From the NCBI RefSeq assembly GCF_000007985.2, contig NC_002939.5, forward strand, positions 2,700,001 through 2,732,000: 32,000 nucleotides of DNA, read 5' to 3'. Of this stretch, positions 7,843 through 15,273 are shown in pieces (within the stretch, counting starts at the first letter, position 1; every line of letters begins with the position of its first letter). The notes beneath the pieces were generated by a model, which ran no database searches, was not told the origin of the DNA, and saw only the letters and a list, made by a program, of their open reading frames with translations. The position numbers and the translations under genes were made by a program. The stretch is from Geobacter sulfurreducens PCA. Lineage in GTDB: Bacteria; Desulfobacterota; Desulfuromonadia; Geobacterales; Geobacteraceae.

Positions 7843-8598
7843 ATGAAAGATCGAGATTACACTGCTCCGGGTATTGTTATGGGAGTCATTTTTTATATTA
7901 CTATTTTGAGTTCAGCTGCACCGACACTTAAAATGATTGACATAGTTGCTCCAATTGCAACTTTACTTGCTGCATTAGTTGGTGCTGAAGCCGCATTTAG
8001 ATTGCAAAGGGAAAAAACTGAAAAAACAGAAATGACCCGAAGAAAGAGCGCTGCAAACCAAACAGTTCACTTAATATCAAACATCTACTCAAATTTAAGA
8101 CAATACAGAAGAGAAATTATTGAACCTACAGAAACTTTGCCTGTACCGTGGTTAGGGTTAAGAGGGTTGTTGGCCTATCACTATGAAGTGAATTTGCCGC
8201 GCGAAGGATTGCTATTCATGTTCGAGGGGGAAGGTGATGGTGCACAAATATATGCAGAACTAATAATGGAAGAGCAACGATATAATTTAGCCATAGGAAT
8301 GATAAAGCAATTACATGAAACCATTAAAAACAAACTTCAACCTGAACTGGAACGCCTAGGTTATTACCCCGGCAATGTTGACATACAACAGTTATTGTCT
8401 CAACTCCCACCTAGCTTAATAATTGATCTCAACAGCCTTACACATGAAACATACAAAATAGTTCGTGAAAATATTGAATCCATACAAGAAGTGTACGAAA
8501 AGTTTCAACAAAGTATGAAGTCACAATTTCCCAACATAAAAGTGGCACGCTTGATTTTTGATGACGGAATGCCTAACCAGGCAGAAACACCGGCCTAA
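7843..8598 (+). CDS. cassette B protein: two TM helices plus an approximately 190-aa helical soluble domain, unknown function
   Basis: ORF in frame from 7816. The best start is ATG 7843, 4 nt after GGGAGG (7833-7838). TM segments GIVMGVIFYITILSSAAP and IVAPIATLLAALVGAEAAF. The stop TAA lies inside attC2. Confidence 0.7.
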   Translation: MKDRDYTAPGIVMGVIFYITILSSAAPTLKMIDIVAPIATLLAALVGAEAAFRLQREKTEKTEMTRRKSAANQTVHLISNIYSNLRQYRREIIEPTETLPVPWLGLRGLLAYHYEVNLPREGLLFMFEGEGDGAQIYAELIMEEQRYNLAIGMIKQLHETIKNKLQPELERLGYYPGNVDIQQLLSQLPPSLIIDLNSLTHETYKIVRENIESIQEVYEKFQQSMKSQFPNIKVARLIFDDGMPNQAETPA

Positions 8599-8628
8599 AA
8601 CCGCCGGTGTTCTCCCGAACCGTTAGGC
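8571..8628 (+). other. attC site 2 (58 bp)
   Basis: R'' GCCTAAC, L''/L' ACACCGGC / GCCGGTGT, R' GTTAGGC. R'' is the exact complement of the G|TTAGGC that opens this cassette at 7802. Confidence 0.85.
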
Positions 8629-8635
8629 AATTAAT

Positions 8636-9025
8636 ATGAATTTTGCGGAAATCATTGTAGTCGCCTTGGCGATCATCCTCATCCTCGGTCTGATTGCGAT
8701 CATACTAGGACCAATGTTCGGTTGGCGAATCGCCGCGAGGAATGAAGAGTTTATTCCATTTTCCTCCAGAATTGAGGCACGAGAAAAAATTCGTGTCGCA
8801 CTAATGGAACAAGGATGGGAGATTGAGCACGACGGCCCGGATAGAATGAAAGCTCGAACGAAAATAAGCTGGCGGTCATGGGGGGAAATCATAAAGATCG
8901 AGTTTGCCGATGGAGGCGCAAAAGTGAGTTCTGAATGCTCACTACCGACGCAAGCTATCGATTACGGGAAGAATAAGATCAACGTCCAAAAACTTGTGGA
9001 TGCGCTGACGAAAAGAAATGCCTAA
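8636..9025 (+). CDS. cassette C protein: single N-terminal TM plus a small soluble domain, unknown function
   Basis: 129-aa ORF with TM IIVVALAIILILGLIAIILGPMFGW. The stop TAA overlaps the R'' (GCCTAA) of the interrupted attC3. Weak SD. Confidence 0.65.
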   Translation: MNFAEIIVVALAIILILGLIAIILGPMFGWRIAARNEEFIPFSSRIEAREKIRVALMEQGWEIEHDGPDRMKARTKISWRSWGEIIKIEFADGGAKVSSECSLPTQAIDYGKNKINVQKLVDALTKRNA

Positions 9026-10934
9026 TCGGGTAGCCGGGGGTTTTACCCCCCCAGCCCCCACACCACCCGGCATGCGGGTCCGCACCGGGCGGTTCGACGA
9101 AGTTACCGGGCCGTGGCCGGGTAATGGATCTTCACCCACAGTTCTTTGACAGATACAAGTCCTTGATCCTTCAGCCACTGGTTGGTCATACCGTGCTGGG
9201 CGGCAAGCCTGCGGGACATGGCCCACGGACCGTTGCGGTTCAGCCCTGCTCTGATGGATGTGCCAAGCTGTACACCCAGTTTGAGCAGGTTCCGAATCTT
9301 GGTGCGGCACCACCGCCACTGCTTCCAGTAGCACAGCCGCACCCGCCGCCGTATCCAGCCGTCGATCTCCGGGATGTCACGGTAGGCTTCGGCAATGCCG
9401 AAGTACCCCATCCAGCCGCGGAGGTAGGTCGACAGCTTGTTCAGTCGGTACTCCATGGAGACGAACCAACTCCTGCCGGTGTACTTCCTGACCCGGCGCC
9501 GGAACTCCTTGTACGCCTGGTCAGACCAGAGGATTTTGGTTCCCTTGAAGACAAAGCCAAGAAAGCTCAAGTCGCCGCTTCTGGCGACTTTGCTCTTGTC
9601 TTCGTTGACCGTGAGCTTGAGTTTGTTCGTCAGATACTTCCTGACGCTCCCCATGACCCGCTCGCCGGCACGCTCGCTCTTCACCAGAATGACGAAATCA
9701 TCGGCGTAACGGACGAACTTGTGGCCACGGCTCTCAAGCTCCTTGTCCAGGTGGTCGAGGAGGATGTTGGCGAGAAGCGGGGAAAGCGGACCCCCTTGGG
9801 GTACGCCCATGCGGGTCTTTTCCAGCCGCCCGTCAACCTCCACCCCGGCTCTGAGATACCTGCCGATCAGGGTGAGAACCCGCTTGTCGCGGACCCTCCT
9901 CCCCACCATTGTCATGAGGAGGTCGTGATTGACCGTGTCGAAGAACTTGGCAAGGTCGATGTCCACGGCAATGCGGTAGCCCTGCCGCAGATACTCCCGC
10001 AGCTGCCGCACGGCATTGTGTGCCGAGCGGCCGGGGCGGAACCCGAAACTCGATGCGGAGAATTCCGGATCGAAGATCGGCGTGAGCACCTGGGCTGTTG
10101 CCTGTTGGATCAGCCGGTCAAGGACGGTGGGAATCCCCAGCGGGCGGGTGCCGCCCGTTGGTTTGGGTATTTCCACTCGAAGGACCGGCTGTGGTTGGTA
10201 GGTACCTGTTGCAAGCGATGCACGGATATCGCCCCAGAGGGGCCGGAACCGTTCGGGGAACGCGTCGATGGTAACACCATCGACGCCAGGTGCGCCCTTG
10301 TTGGCCCGCACCCGTTTCCACGCCAGGTCCATGTTCTCTGTGGCAAGTATCCGCTCCAGTAGGTGCTCTTCCGGAGTTGGCCGGTCAATGACGCGCTCCA
10401 CGGGCATTCCCCCGGTCGGGTTCGGTATGTCGTGAAAGCTCATTGGGGCTTACCTCCTCTTCATCGTTCGGCCCTTCGGCGGGGTAAGGCTTCCCGGCTG
10501 TCTGTGACGACGCCGGGCTTGTTTCCAGGTGCCGGATCGCTGGCGGCAACGTCCGCGCCTACTATGGCTTCTGCTGACTCCTGCCCCATCACGGCAGCTG
10601 TTACCAGAGGCCGCGCCAGCAAACATCGCTAGCATGTGGAGCAGGTCTCCCCGGATAAGAACGTGAACTGTGGCTACACAACCGCAGCATTTACCTTGGC
10701 ATCCTGAATCCGTGGGACTTCGTCATGTTGTGCTGACTTGCCCGGACACCCCGGCCTTGTATGCTGTTTCTGTTCGTCGGCTCATAGCTTTGCGCTCGGG
10801 CTTCCTTCAGACCCCTCCTCGCGGAGGCGCCCTTGCCGTCGGCTAGTACTTTGGTACCCTGTCTCGCGACAGTGCTGGATTCTACGTACAGGGGACTTGC
10901 ACCCCATTAGTTCACGCCCATGCCGGGCGTACAC
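9025..10934 (-). mobile_element. bacterial class C (attC-associated type) group II intron, full length (ends uncertain by about 3 nt)
   Basis: The minus strand starts GTGTACGCCCGGCATGGGCGTGAAC (GUGYG-type 5' end, c10934). Domain V GAACCGCCCGGTGCGGACCCGCATGCCGGGTGGT has a CGC triad. Domain VI GGGGCTGGGGG-GGTAAAA-CCCCCGGCT(A)CCC has a bulged A 7 nt before ...GAT. The RT ORF sits in domain IV. The 5' exon ends 9 nt after the attC hairpin stem (3 nt if the outer CGCCAC/GTGGCG pairing is counted). Confidence 0.85.
9103..10443 (-). CDS. group II intron reverse transcriptase/maturase (no endonuclease domain)
   Basis: 446 aa. RT motifs RPLGIPTVLDRLIQQA, FGFRPGRSAHNA, VDIDLAKFFDTVNH, GVPQGGPLSPLLANI, FVRYADDFVIL. 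Maturase X domain LGF..RGWMGYF. Short C-terminus typical of class C. Confidence 0.95.
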   Translation of the reverse strand: MSFHDIPNPTGGMPVERVIDRPTPEEHLLERILATENMDLAWKRVRANKGAPGVDGVTIDAFPERFRPLWGDIRASLATGTYQPQPVLRVEIPKPTGGTRPLGIPTVLDRLIQQATAQVLTPIFDPEFSASSFGFRPGRSAHNAVRQLREYLRQGYRIAVDIDLAKFFDTVNHDLLMTMVGRRVRDKRVLTLIGRYLRAGVEVDGRLEKTRMGVPQGGPLSPLLANILLDHLDKELESRGHKFVRYADDFVILVKSERAGERVMGSVRKYLTNKLKLTVNEDKSKVARSGDLSFLGFVFKGTKILWSDQAYKEFRRRVRKYTGRSWFVSMEYRLNKLSTYLRGWMGYFGIAEAYRDIPEIDGWIRRRVRLCYWKQWRWCRTKIRNLLKLGVQLGTSIRAGLNRNGPWAMSRRLAAQHGMTNQWLKDQGLVSVKELWVKIHYPATAR

Positions 10935-10985
10935 TAGCGCCACGACCGGCCTAGAAACCCGCCGGTCAGGCTTGTGGCGTTGGAA
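10935..10985 (+). other. attC site 3, right-hand part (left part is GCCTAAT at 9020-9026, separated by the intron)
   Basis: TAGCGCCAC-GACCGGC-ctagaaacc-CGCCGGTC-aggcttgtggc-GTTGGAA. The spacing of L''/L' and R' is identical to attC1/attC2 (9 nt and 11 nt spacers). The R' core is degenerate (GTTGGAA). Confidence 0.65.
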
Positions 10986-10990
10986 GAAAG

Positions 10991-11392
10991 CTAAACCGTC
11001 CAATCAATGATATTGAGGGAAGGGACCCGTAAAAACTCGCGGGTGTTATTAGTGACCAGAGGGATTCCTAACGATACAGCGTGAGCGGCAATCAACATAT
11101 CCATGGAGCCAATGGGCGTACCAGCTTTTTCAAGAGCTGCTCGAATATCTCCATAGACATGAGCCGCCGATTCATCATAAGAAACCAATTCCAAAGGAAT
11201 GATGAATTCGTCGAGGGCCTTGGCGTTTTTCTCCATATGGGTGCTCTTCGCAACTCCGTAGCGCAATTCCGAGAGAGTTATGGATGAAATGCCAATATCG
11301 CCAACCTGGTACTCTAAGAAACGCTCAAGTACAGCAACCGGCTGCTGCTTTATGATGTAAATGCAGATATTGGTGTCGAGAAGCAATTTCAT
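10991..11392 (-). CDS. vapC: PIN-domain toxin VapC
   Basis: MKLLLDTNICIYII..., acidic PIN residues, ...LVTNNTREF. ATGA overlap with vapB. The stop is 6 nt from the attC3 R' core. Confidence 0.92.
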   Translation of the reverse strand: MKLLLDTNICIYIIKQQPVAVLERFLEYQVGDIGISSITLSELRYGVAKSTHMEKNAKALDEFIIPLELVSYDESAAHVYGDIRAALEKAGTPIGSMDMLIAAHAVSLGIPLVTNNTREFLRVPSLNIIDWTV

Positions 11393-11619
11393 CAGAAGCC
11401 ATCCCGCTTGTCCAGTTCAGGTTGTATGCGCTCGGACATGAAATCGCGGGAGAATTTCTTGAGACTGCCGAAGAGGGAATTCCACGAATCGCTCCGAGGG
11501 ATCAGTTGAACGACGTTGCCGCTTTTCTTGATGAATACTTCGCTGTCTTCGAAGCGAAATTCTTTGGGAAGCCTTACTGCCTGACTTTGTCCATTTTGAA
11601 AAATCTTTGCAGTTTTCAT
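11392..11619 (-). CDS. vapB: AbrB/SpoVT-type antitoxin VapB
   Basis: MKTAKIFQNGQSQAVRLPKEFRF. GGAGG 6 nt upstream of ATG 11619. The track start at 11634 adds 5 unsupported residues. Confidence 0.9.
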   Translation of the reverse strand: MKTAKIFQNGQSQAVRLPKEFRFEDSEVFIKKSGNVVQLIPRSDSWNSLFGSLKKFSRDFMSERIQPELDKRDGF

Positions 11620-11633
11620 TTCTGACCTCCACA

Positions 11634-11795
11634 TTAATATATATTTGAAGTATATATTTCAGGTTTTAGGTTGGCAAGTAAAATTTCAACAATGATGAGA
11701 GAACGAACTCCCAACATGGCCACAAAGATCAAAACAACTTTTATGACTGTAATCTCACGGATTCAGGTAGGGGGAAGACCATTTTTTGTCGCCAT
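11634..11795 (-). pseudogene. higA-like (Xre HTH antitoxin) remnant with an in-frame stop and C-terminal truncation
   Basis: AAGGAG RBS overlapping the higB-like stop, then ATG 11795: MATKNGLPPT-TGA-IREITVIKVVLIFVAMLGVRSLIIVEIL... The stretches xREI(T/L) and LGV......EI resemble HigA N-terminus/HTH by eye. It ends after about 53 codons at the vapB promoter region. Confidence 0.35.
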
Positions 11796-11806
11796 AATAT
11801 TTCTCC

Positions 11807-12055
11807 TTAATGGTAGTCGGTTATTTCAACATAACTCGCTTCGCCGTCAATAAAACTGAAACATATTCGCCACTTCAGGAGTTCCGGGGACATCCATGGA
11901 AATATACAGACCCAAAGGCGTTGGAGCAAAGAACCCATGACGCTAGAAGAGCGATAAAGACTCGCAAGATTGAACGCCGCTTGGCTTGCAGGAGAGAAGA
12001 TTGACGCTCTCAGGTTTCGGTACAATTCAACCTTATCAAATATTTCGTGGAGAAC
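11807..12055 (-). pseudogene. higB-like (plasmid-maintenance killer family) toxin remnant
   Basis: C-terminus KWRICFSFIDGEASYVEITDYH matches the family signature WRIcF...g.a..VeivDYH. An N-terminal IFDK..ELY is present. There is no start codon at the expected N-terminus and the middle is about 8 residues short. The 117-aa track ORF begins in unrelated GC-rich sequence. Confidence 0.45.
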
Positions 12056-12137
12056 TTGACGAGTACGTGCTTTCCTCCCCAGAGGAACTGCAGCAGGTCC
12101 GCAAAGGGCTGAGCTGAGTAGAGAACGCCCGCCTCCC

Positions 12138-12167
12138 TTGACTTTCCCCCTCCCCTTCACCTACACT
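12138..12167 (+). promoter_or_regulatory. candidate sigma70 promoter of the EBP gene
   Basis: TTGACT (12138-12143), 18-nt spacer, TACACT (12162-12167). Two more TACACT copies lie downstream. Weak evidence. Confidence 0.25.
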
Positions 12168-12202
12168 GCCCCTGAGTACACTTTTTACACTCAGAGGTTT
12201 CA

Positions 12203-15013
12203 ATGGAGTCCCTTTCGTCGCACCTCCCCCTTTTGCGGGATCAAATCGTTGCCTACGGCAAGGAAAACCTTGAGGAAATGCTCCACCTGCTGGCCGAGGG
12301 GGTGCGTCTCGTCTCCGGCCAGGACCGGATCCGCATCTACCTGGAAGACCTGACCCGCGGCGTCCTTACCTGTGTCCACGCCTCGGGCCCCCTGGCCGAT
12401 GAGATCCGCGAGGTGAGCTTCCCCATCATCTCCCGTGAGGCGTCGGTTTCCAGCGTCTTTGTCTCCCAGTACGCCACCGAATTCCACTACGAGCCGGAGG
12501 GAAAACACACCTTCGACCGGGGCTTTGCCGAACGCTTCGCCATCGGCCACAGCTACATCCTGCCGGTGGTGAGCCAGGGGAAATCCATCGGCGTGGTCTG
12601 CGTCGACCGCTTCCGGCCGGGGGAGATCCTGCGCGGCAAGGGGAAGGCGCTGCTGGGCGAGTTCGTCACCTCCGTGGCCGACCGGCTCGACGTCGCCCGC
12701 ATCTACCACCAGCAGCTCCTGCTCGCCCGCCGGGTCGAGGAGTACAAGAAACGGGAAGCTGCCTCGTTCATGGTGCAGTCGGCCGTGCGCCTCATCGACC
12801 GGCTGGTCCTCGCCTCGGTGCTGGTGCCCGTGCCCGGTCCGGAAGGCTCGTCGCGCCTCGCCATCCTGGCCAGCCACTCGGAAGACCCCAGCCTGAAAAA
12901 GCAGTATGACGAGCAGGGAGAGATCGCTCTCCAGAGGGGTACCTCCCTCATCTCCCGGTTCCTGGACGACAACGCGGTCATCGCCGACGAACGGCTTCTG
13001 CGCCCGCTGTTCATTCCGGACCTGACCCAGCAGGAGCTCCAGAAAAAGGCCCTCACCGAGAAGATGGCGCTGCGCTCCCTCTACGTGGTGCCCCGCTACG
13101 AGCCGTCCAGCCGCAAGGTCATCTGCCTGGTCAACTATTTCACCAAAGACCTGTACCGCTTCTCCGACTTCGAGATGGGCCTGCTCCAGACCCATGCGGA
13201 GATGGCGGAGCGGATGGTGAACGAGATCGGCGGCGAACACTTGGAAATCCGCGTCCTGGCCGAGATCACCGAACTCCTCCAGGAGCGCAACGAAGAGCTT
13301 TCCCCGTTCCTCACCCGGGTCCTGTCAATGGCCACGGAGCTGATCGGCGCCGATACCGGCAGCATCGCCATCGTCCAGGAGCGTGACGGCGAAAAATGGC
13401 TTGTGGTGGAGGACGAAGAAGGGACCATCGTCGGGGCCAAGAACAAGTCGTGGCTCAAGAAGTACATCCCCCCCTTCAGAATCGGCGGCCACGAGCTCCC
13501 CGCCGAGGAGCGGAGCCTCACCGGCTACGTGGCCTGGTCCAAGCAGCCGAAGATCATCGCCCACGTGGCGGACGAGCAGGGGGGCGAGGGGTTCCACCGC
13601 TCCATGCACGAGCTGATCAAGAGCGAGATCGCGGTCCCCATCGTCTGCGACGACGAGGTGATCGCCGTGGTCTGCCTCAACTCGCTCAAGCCCGCCTGGT
13701 TCACGGAAGAGCACAAGCGGATCCTGCAGATCATCGACCGGCTCACCTCCCGGCACATCTCCGACGTCCAGCGGATCGAGCGGCTCGAGGGGGAGGTGAC
13801 CCGGCTCAAGACTGACGTGGCCTACAAAGACCCCCAGATCTCCTCCTACCGGCTCGGCAACATCATCGGCAACAGCCGCAAAGCCCAGGAGATCGTTGAT
13901 TTCATCAACACCGTGTCGGTGCCCCTCTTCAACCGGATCACCCTCTGGAGCAAGAACGTCCTCCAGGAGGCGACCATCGGCCTCCCCTCCATCCTCGTCC
14001 AGGGGCAGACCGGCGCCGGCAAGGAGTTCTTCTTCAACAACCTCTACAACAAGCTGAACGAGATGTACCGGGAGAAGCTCAACCCCGCTGGCCAGCTCCC
14101 CGTGAAAAAGACCAACATCGCGGCCTACAGCGGTGACCTGACCTACTCGGAACTCTTCGGCCACAAGAAGGGGGCCTTCACCGGCGCCTACAGCGACCGC
14201 AAGGGCATCCTGGAGGATGCCGCCGGCGGGATCGTCTTCCTGGACGAGATCGGCGACGCCGACCCCAAGACCCAGGTGCAGCTGCTCCGGTTCCTGGACA
14301 ACGGCGGGTTTGTGCGGCTGGGGGAAAACCAGGACCGTTTCAGCCGGGTGCTCCTGGTGGCCGCCACCAACAAGGATCTGGCGGAAGAGATCCGCAAGGG
14401 GAACTTCCGGGAAGACCTCTACCACCGGCTGTCGGAGCTGGCGGTGCAGGTGCCGTCCCTGAACGAGCGGCGCGAGGACATCCCCGACCTGGCCACCCAC
14501 TTCCTGGGCAAGCTCTACCGCACCTACCGGGGGGACGAGTCCAAGGACGCCGCCCCCACCCTGGCGGAGGAGGCCAAGCGGCTCCTGATGAACCACCACT
14601 ACCACGGCAACATCAGGGAACTGCGGAGCATCCTGCTGCGGGCGCTCTTCTTCCGCAAGGGCACGGTGCTCACCGCCGACGACGTCCGGCGCGCCCTGGC
14701 CGCGGGCATGCGCGAGTTCGCCCCTGCCACCGCCACCCAGGAGCTGAACGACCGGATGGTGACGGAAATCCTGGACAAGATCGCCAATGGCGAAACCTTC
14801 TGGGAAGCGGTCTACGAGCCCTACTCCCGCAACGCCATCCCCCGCGACGCCGTCCGGCTCGTCATCGAGCGGAGCCGCGACGCGGCGGGCCGGAGCATGC
14901 CCCAGGTGGCCCGCTACCTCAAGGCCGTGGGCGACGATGTGGAAGAAAACGACGAGGAGCGGAAGCGGTTCTTCAAGTTCAAGAATTTCCTCTATAAGAC
15001 CGTGAAGATCTGA
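12203..15013 (+). CDS. sigma54-dependent transcriptional activator (EBP) with a large multi-GAF-like N-terminal sensor region
   Basis: 936 aa. AAA+ sigma54-interaction domain: Walker A GQTGAGKE, YSELFGHKKGAFTGA (GAFTGA loop), GGIVFLDEIGD (Walker B), RVLLVAATNKDL, FREDLYHRL, PSLNERREDIPDL. About 550 aa of GAF-like repeats precede it. The C-terminal HTH is atypical. Confidence 0.9.
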   Translation: MESLSSHLPLLRDQIVAYGKENLEEMLHLLAEGVRLVSGQDRIRIYLEDLTRGVLTCVHASGPLADEIREVSFPIISREASVSSVFVSQYATEFHYEPEGKHTFDRGFAERFAIGHSYILPVVSQGKSIGVVCVDRFRPGEILRGKGKALLGEFVTSVADRLDVARIYHQQLLLARRVEEYKKREAASFMVQSAVRLIDRLVLASVLVPVPGPEGSSRLAILASHSEDPSLKKQYDEQGEIALQRGTSLISRFLDDNAVIADERLLRPLFIPDLTQQELQKKALTEKMALRSLYVVPRYEPSSRKVICLVNYFTKDLYRFSDFEMGLLQTHAEMAERMVNEIGGEHLEIRVLAEITELLQERNEELSPFLTRVLSMATELIGADTGSIAIVQERDGEKWLVVEDEEGTIVGAKNKSWLKKYIPPFRIGGHELPAEERSLTGYVAWSKQPKIIAHVADEQGGEGFHRSMHELIKSEIAVPIVCDDEVIAVVCLNSLKPAWFTEEHKRILQIIDRLTSRHISDVQRIERLEGEVTRLKTDVAYKDPQISSYRLGNIIGNSRKAQEIVDFINTVSVPLFNRITLWSKNVLQEATIGLPSILVQGQTGAGKEFFFNNLYNKLNEMYREKLNPAGQLPVKKTNIAAYSGDLTYSELFGHKKGAFTGAYSDRKGILEDAAGGIVFLDEIGDADPKTQVQLLRFLDNGGFVRLGENQDRFSRVLLVAATNKDLAEEIRKGNFREDLYHRLSELAVQVPSLNERREDIPDLATHFLGKLYRTYRGDESKDAAPTLAEEAKRLLMNHHYHGNIRELRSILLRALFFRKGTVLTADDVRRALAAGMREFAPATATQELNDRMVTEILDKIANGETFWEAVYEPYSRNAIPRDAVRLVIERSRDAAGRSMPQVARYLKAVGDDVEENDEERKRFFKFKNFLYKTVKI

Positions 15014-15207
15014 GGGCGGCAGACCGGAAACCGACGGCAAGGCCGGCCCGAATACCGGTGCCGGCCGATCAGCGCAACGGCCATGCCTGTTAAAAGACGA
15101 TTCGCGGTAGCGATCTCGCTTACTGCGCCGTTCGCCGGCGCCGGGCACCGCCTGCGCCATGACGGACCCCTTTGGCGTTCAGCCACTCGCTCCATCAGGG
15201 ATACGCA

Positions 15208-15223
15208 TGGCGCAATCTTTGCA
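15208..15223 (+). promoter_or_regulatory. sigma54 (-24/-12) promoter
   Basis: TGGCGCAATCTTTGCA fits TGGCAC-N5-TTGCW with correct GG/GC spacing. It is 50 nt upstream of ATG 15274 and directly downstream of a sigma54 EBP gene. Confidence 0.75.
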
Positions 15224-15273
15224 CAAGACATAACCCCTAACCGGCAGTTCATTCCTCGTTATGGAGGTGCTGC

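Larger units (their letters stand above)
5335..10985. mobile_element. chromosomal integron: intI, attI-region and three cassettes with attC sites (third attC split by a group II intron)
   Basis: IntI-type recombinase divergent from a + strand array. Recombination cores are G|TTGAAT (7262), G|TTAGGC (7802), G|TTAGGC (8622) and G|TTGGAA (10979). Each cassette's first six bases are complementary to the R'' of its own attC (ATTCAAC 7750, GCCTAAC 8571, GCCTAAT 9020). The region is clearly AT-richer than its flanks. Confidence 0.85.

Noticed and set aside
9124-11010. Plus-strand ORFs 9124-10362, 10363-10632 and 10738-11010, and small minus-strand ORFs within 10110-11003.
   Set aside because: They are antisense to the intron RT gene or lie inside the intron ribozyme domains I-IV. 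They have no RBS or motifs.
11810-12004. Plus-strand 64-aa ORF and the 60-aa ORF at 11671-11853.
   Set aside because: They are antisense to the higB/higA remnants, have no RBS and no recognisable motif.
11635-12130. Searched for a fourth attC (expected R'' TTCCAAC, or the CCGCCGGTGTTCTCCCG-type arm) closing a vapBC cassette. Noted ATTTCAAC (about 11680 and 11824), ATTCAAC (about 12024) and TCCCAAC (about 11706).
   Set aside because: None is followed at attC distance by a GTTRRRY core or has complementary arms. Several lie inside the higB-like reading frame.
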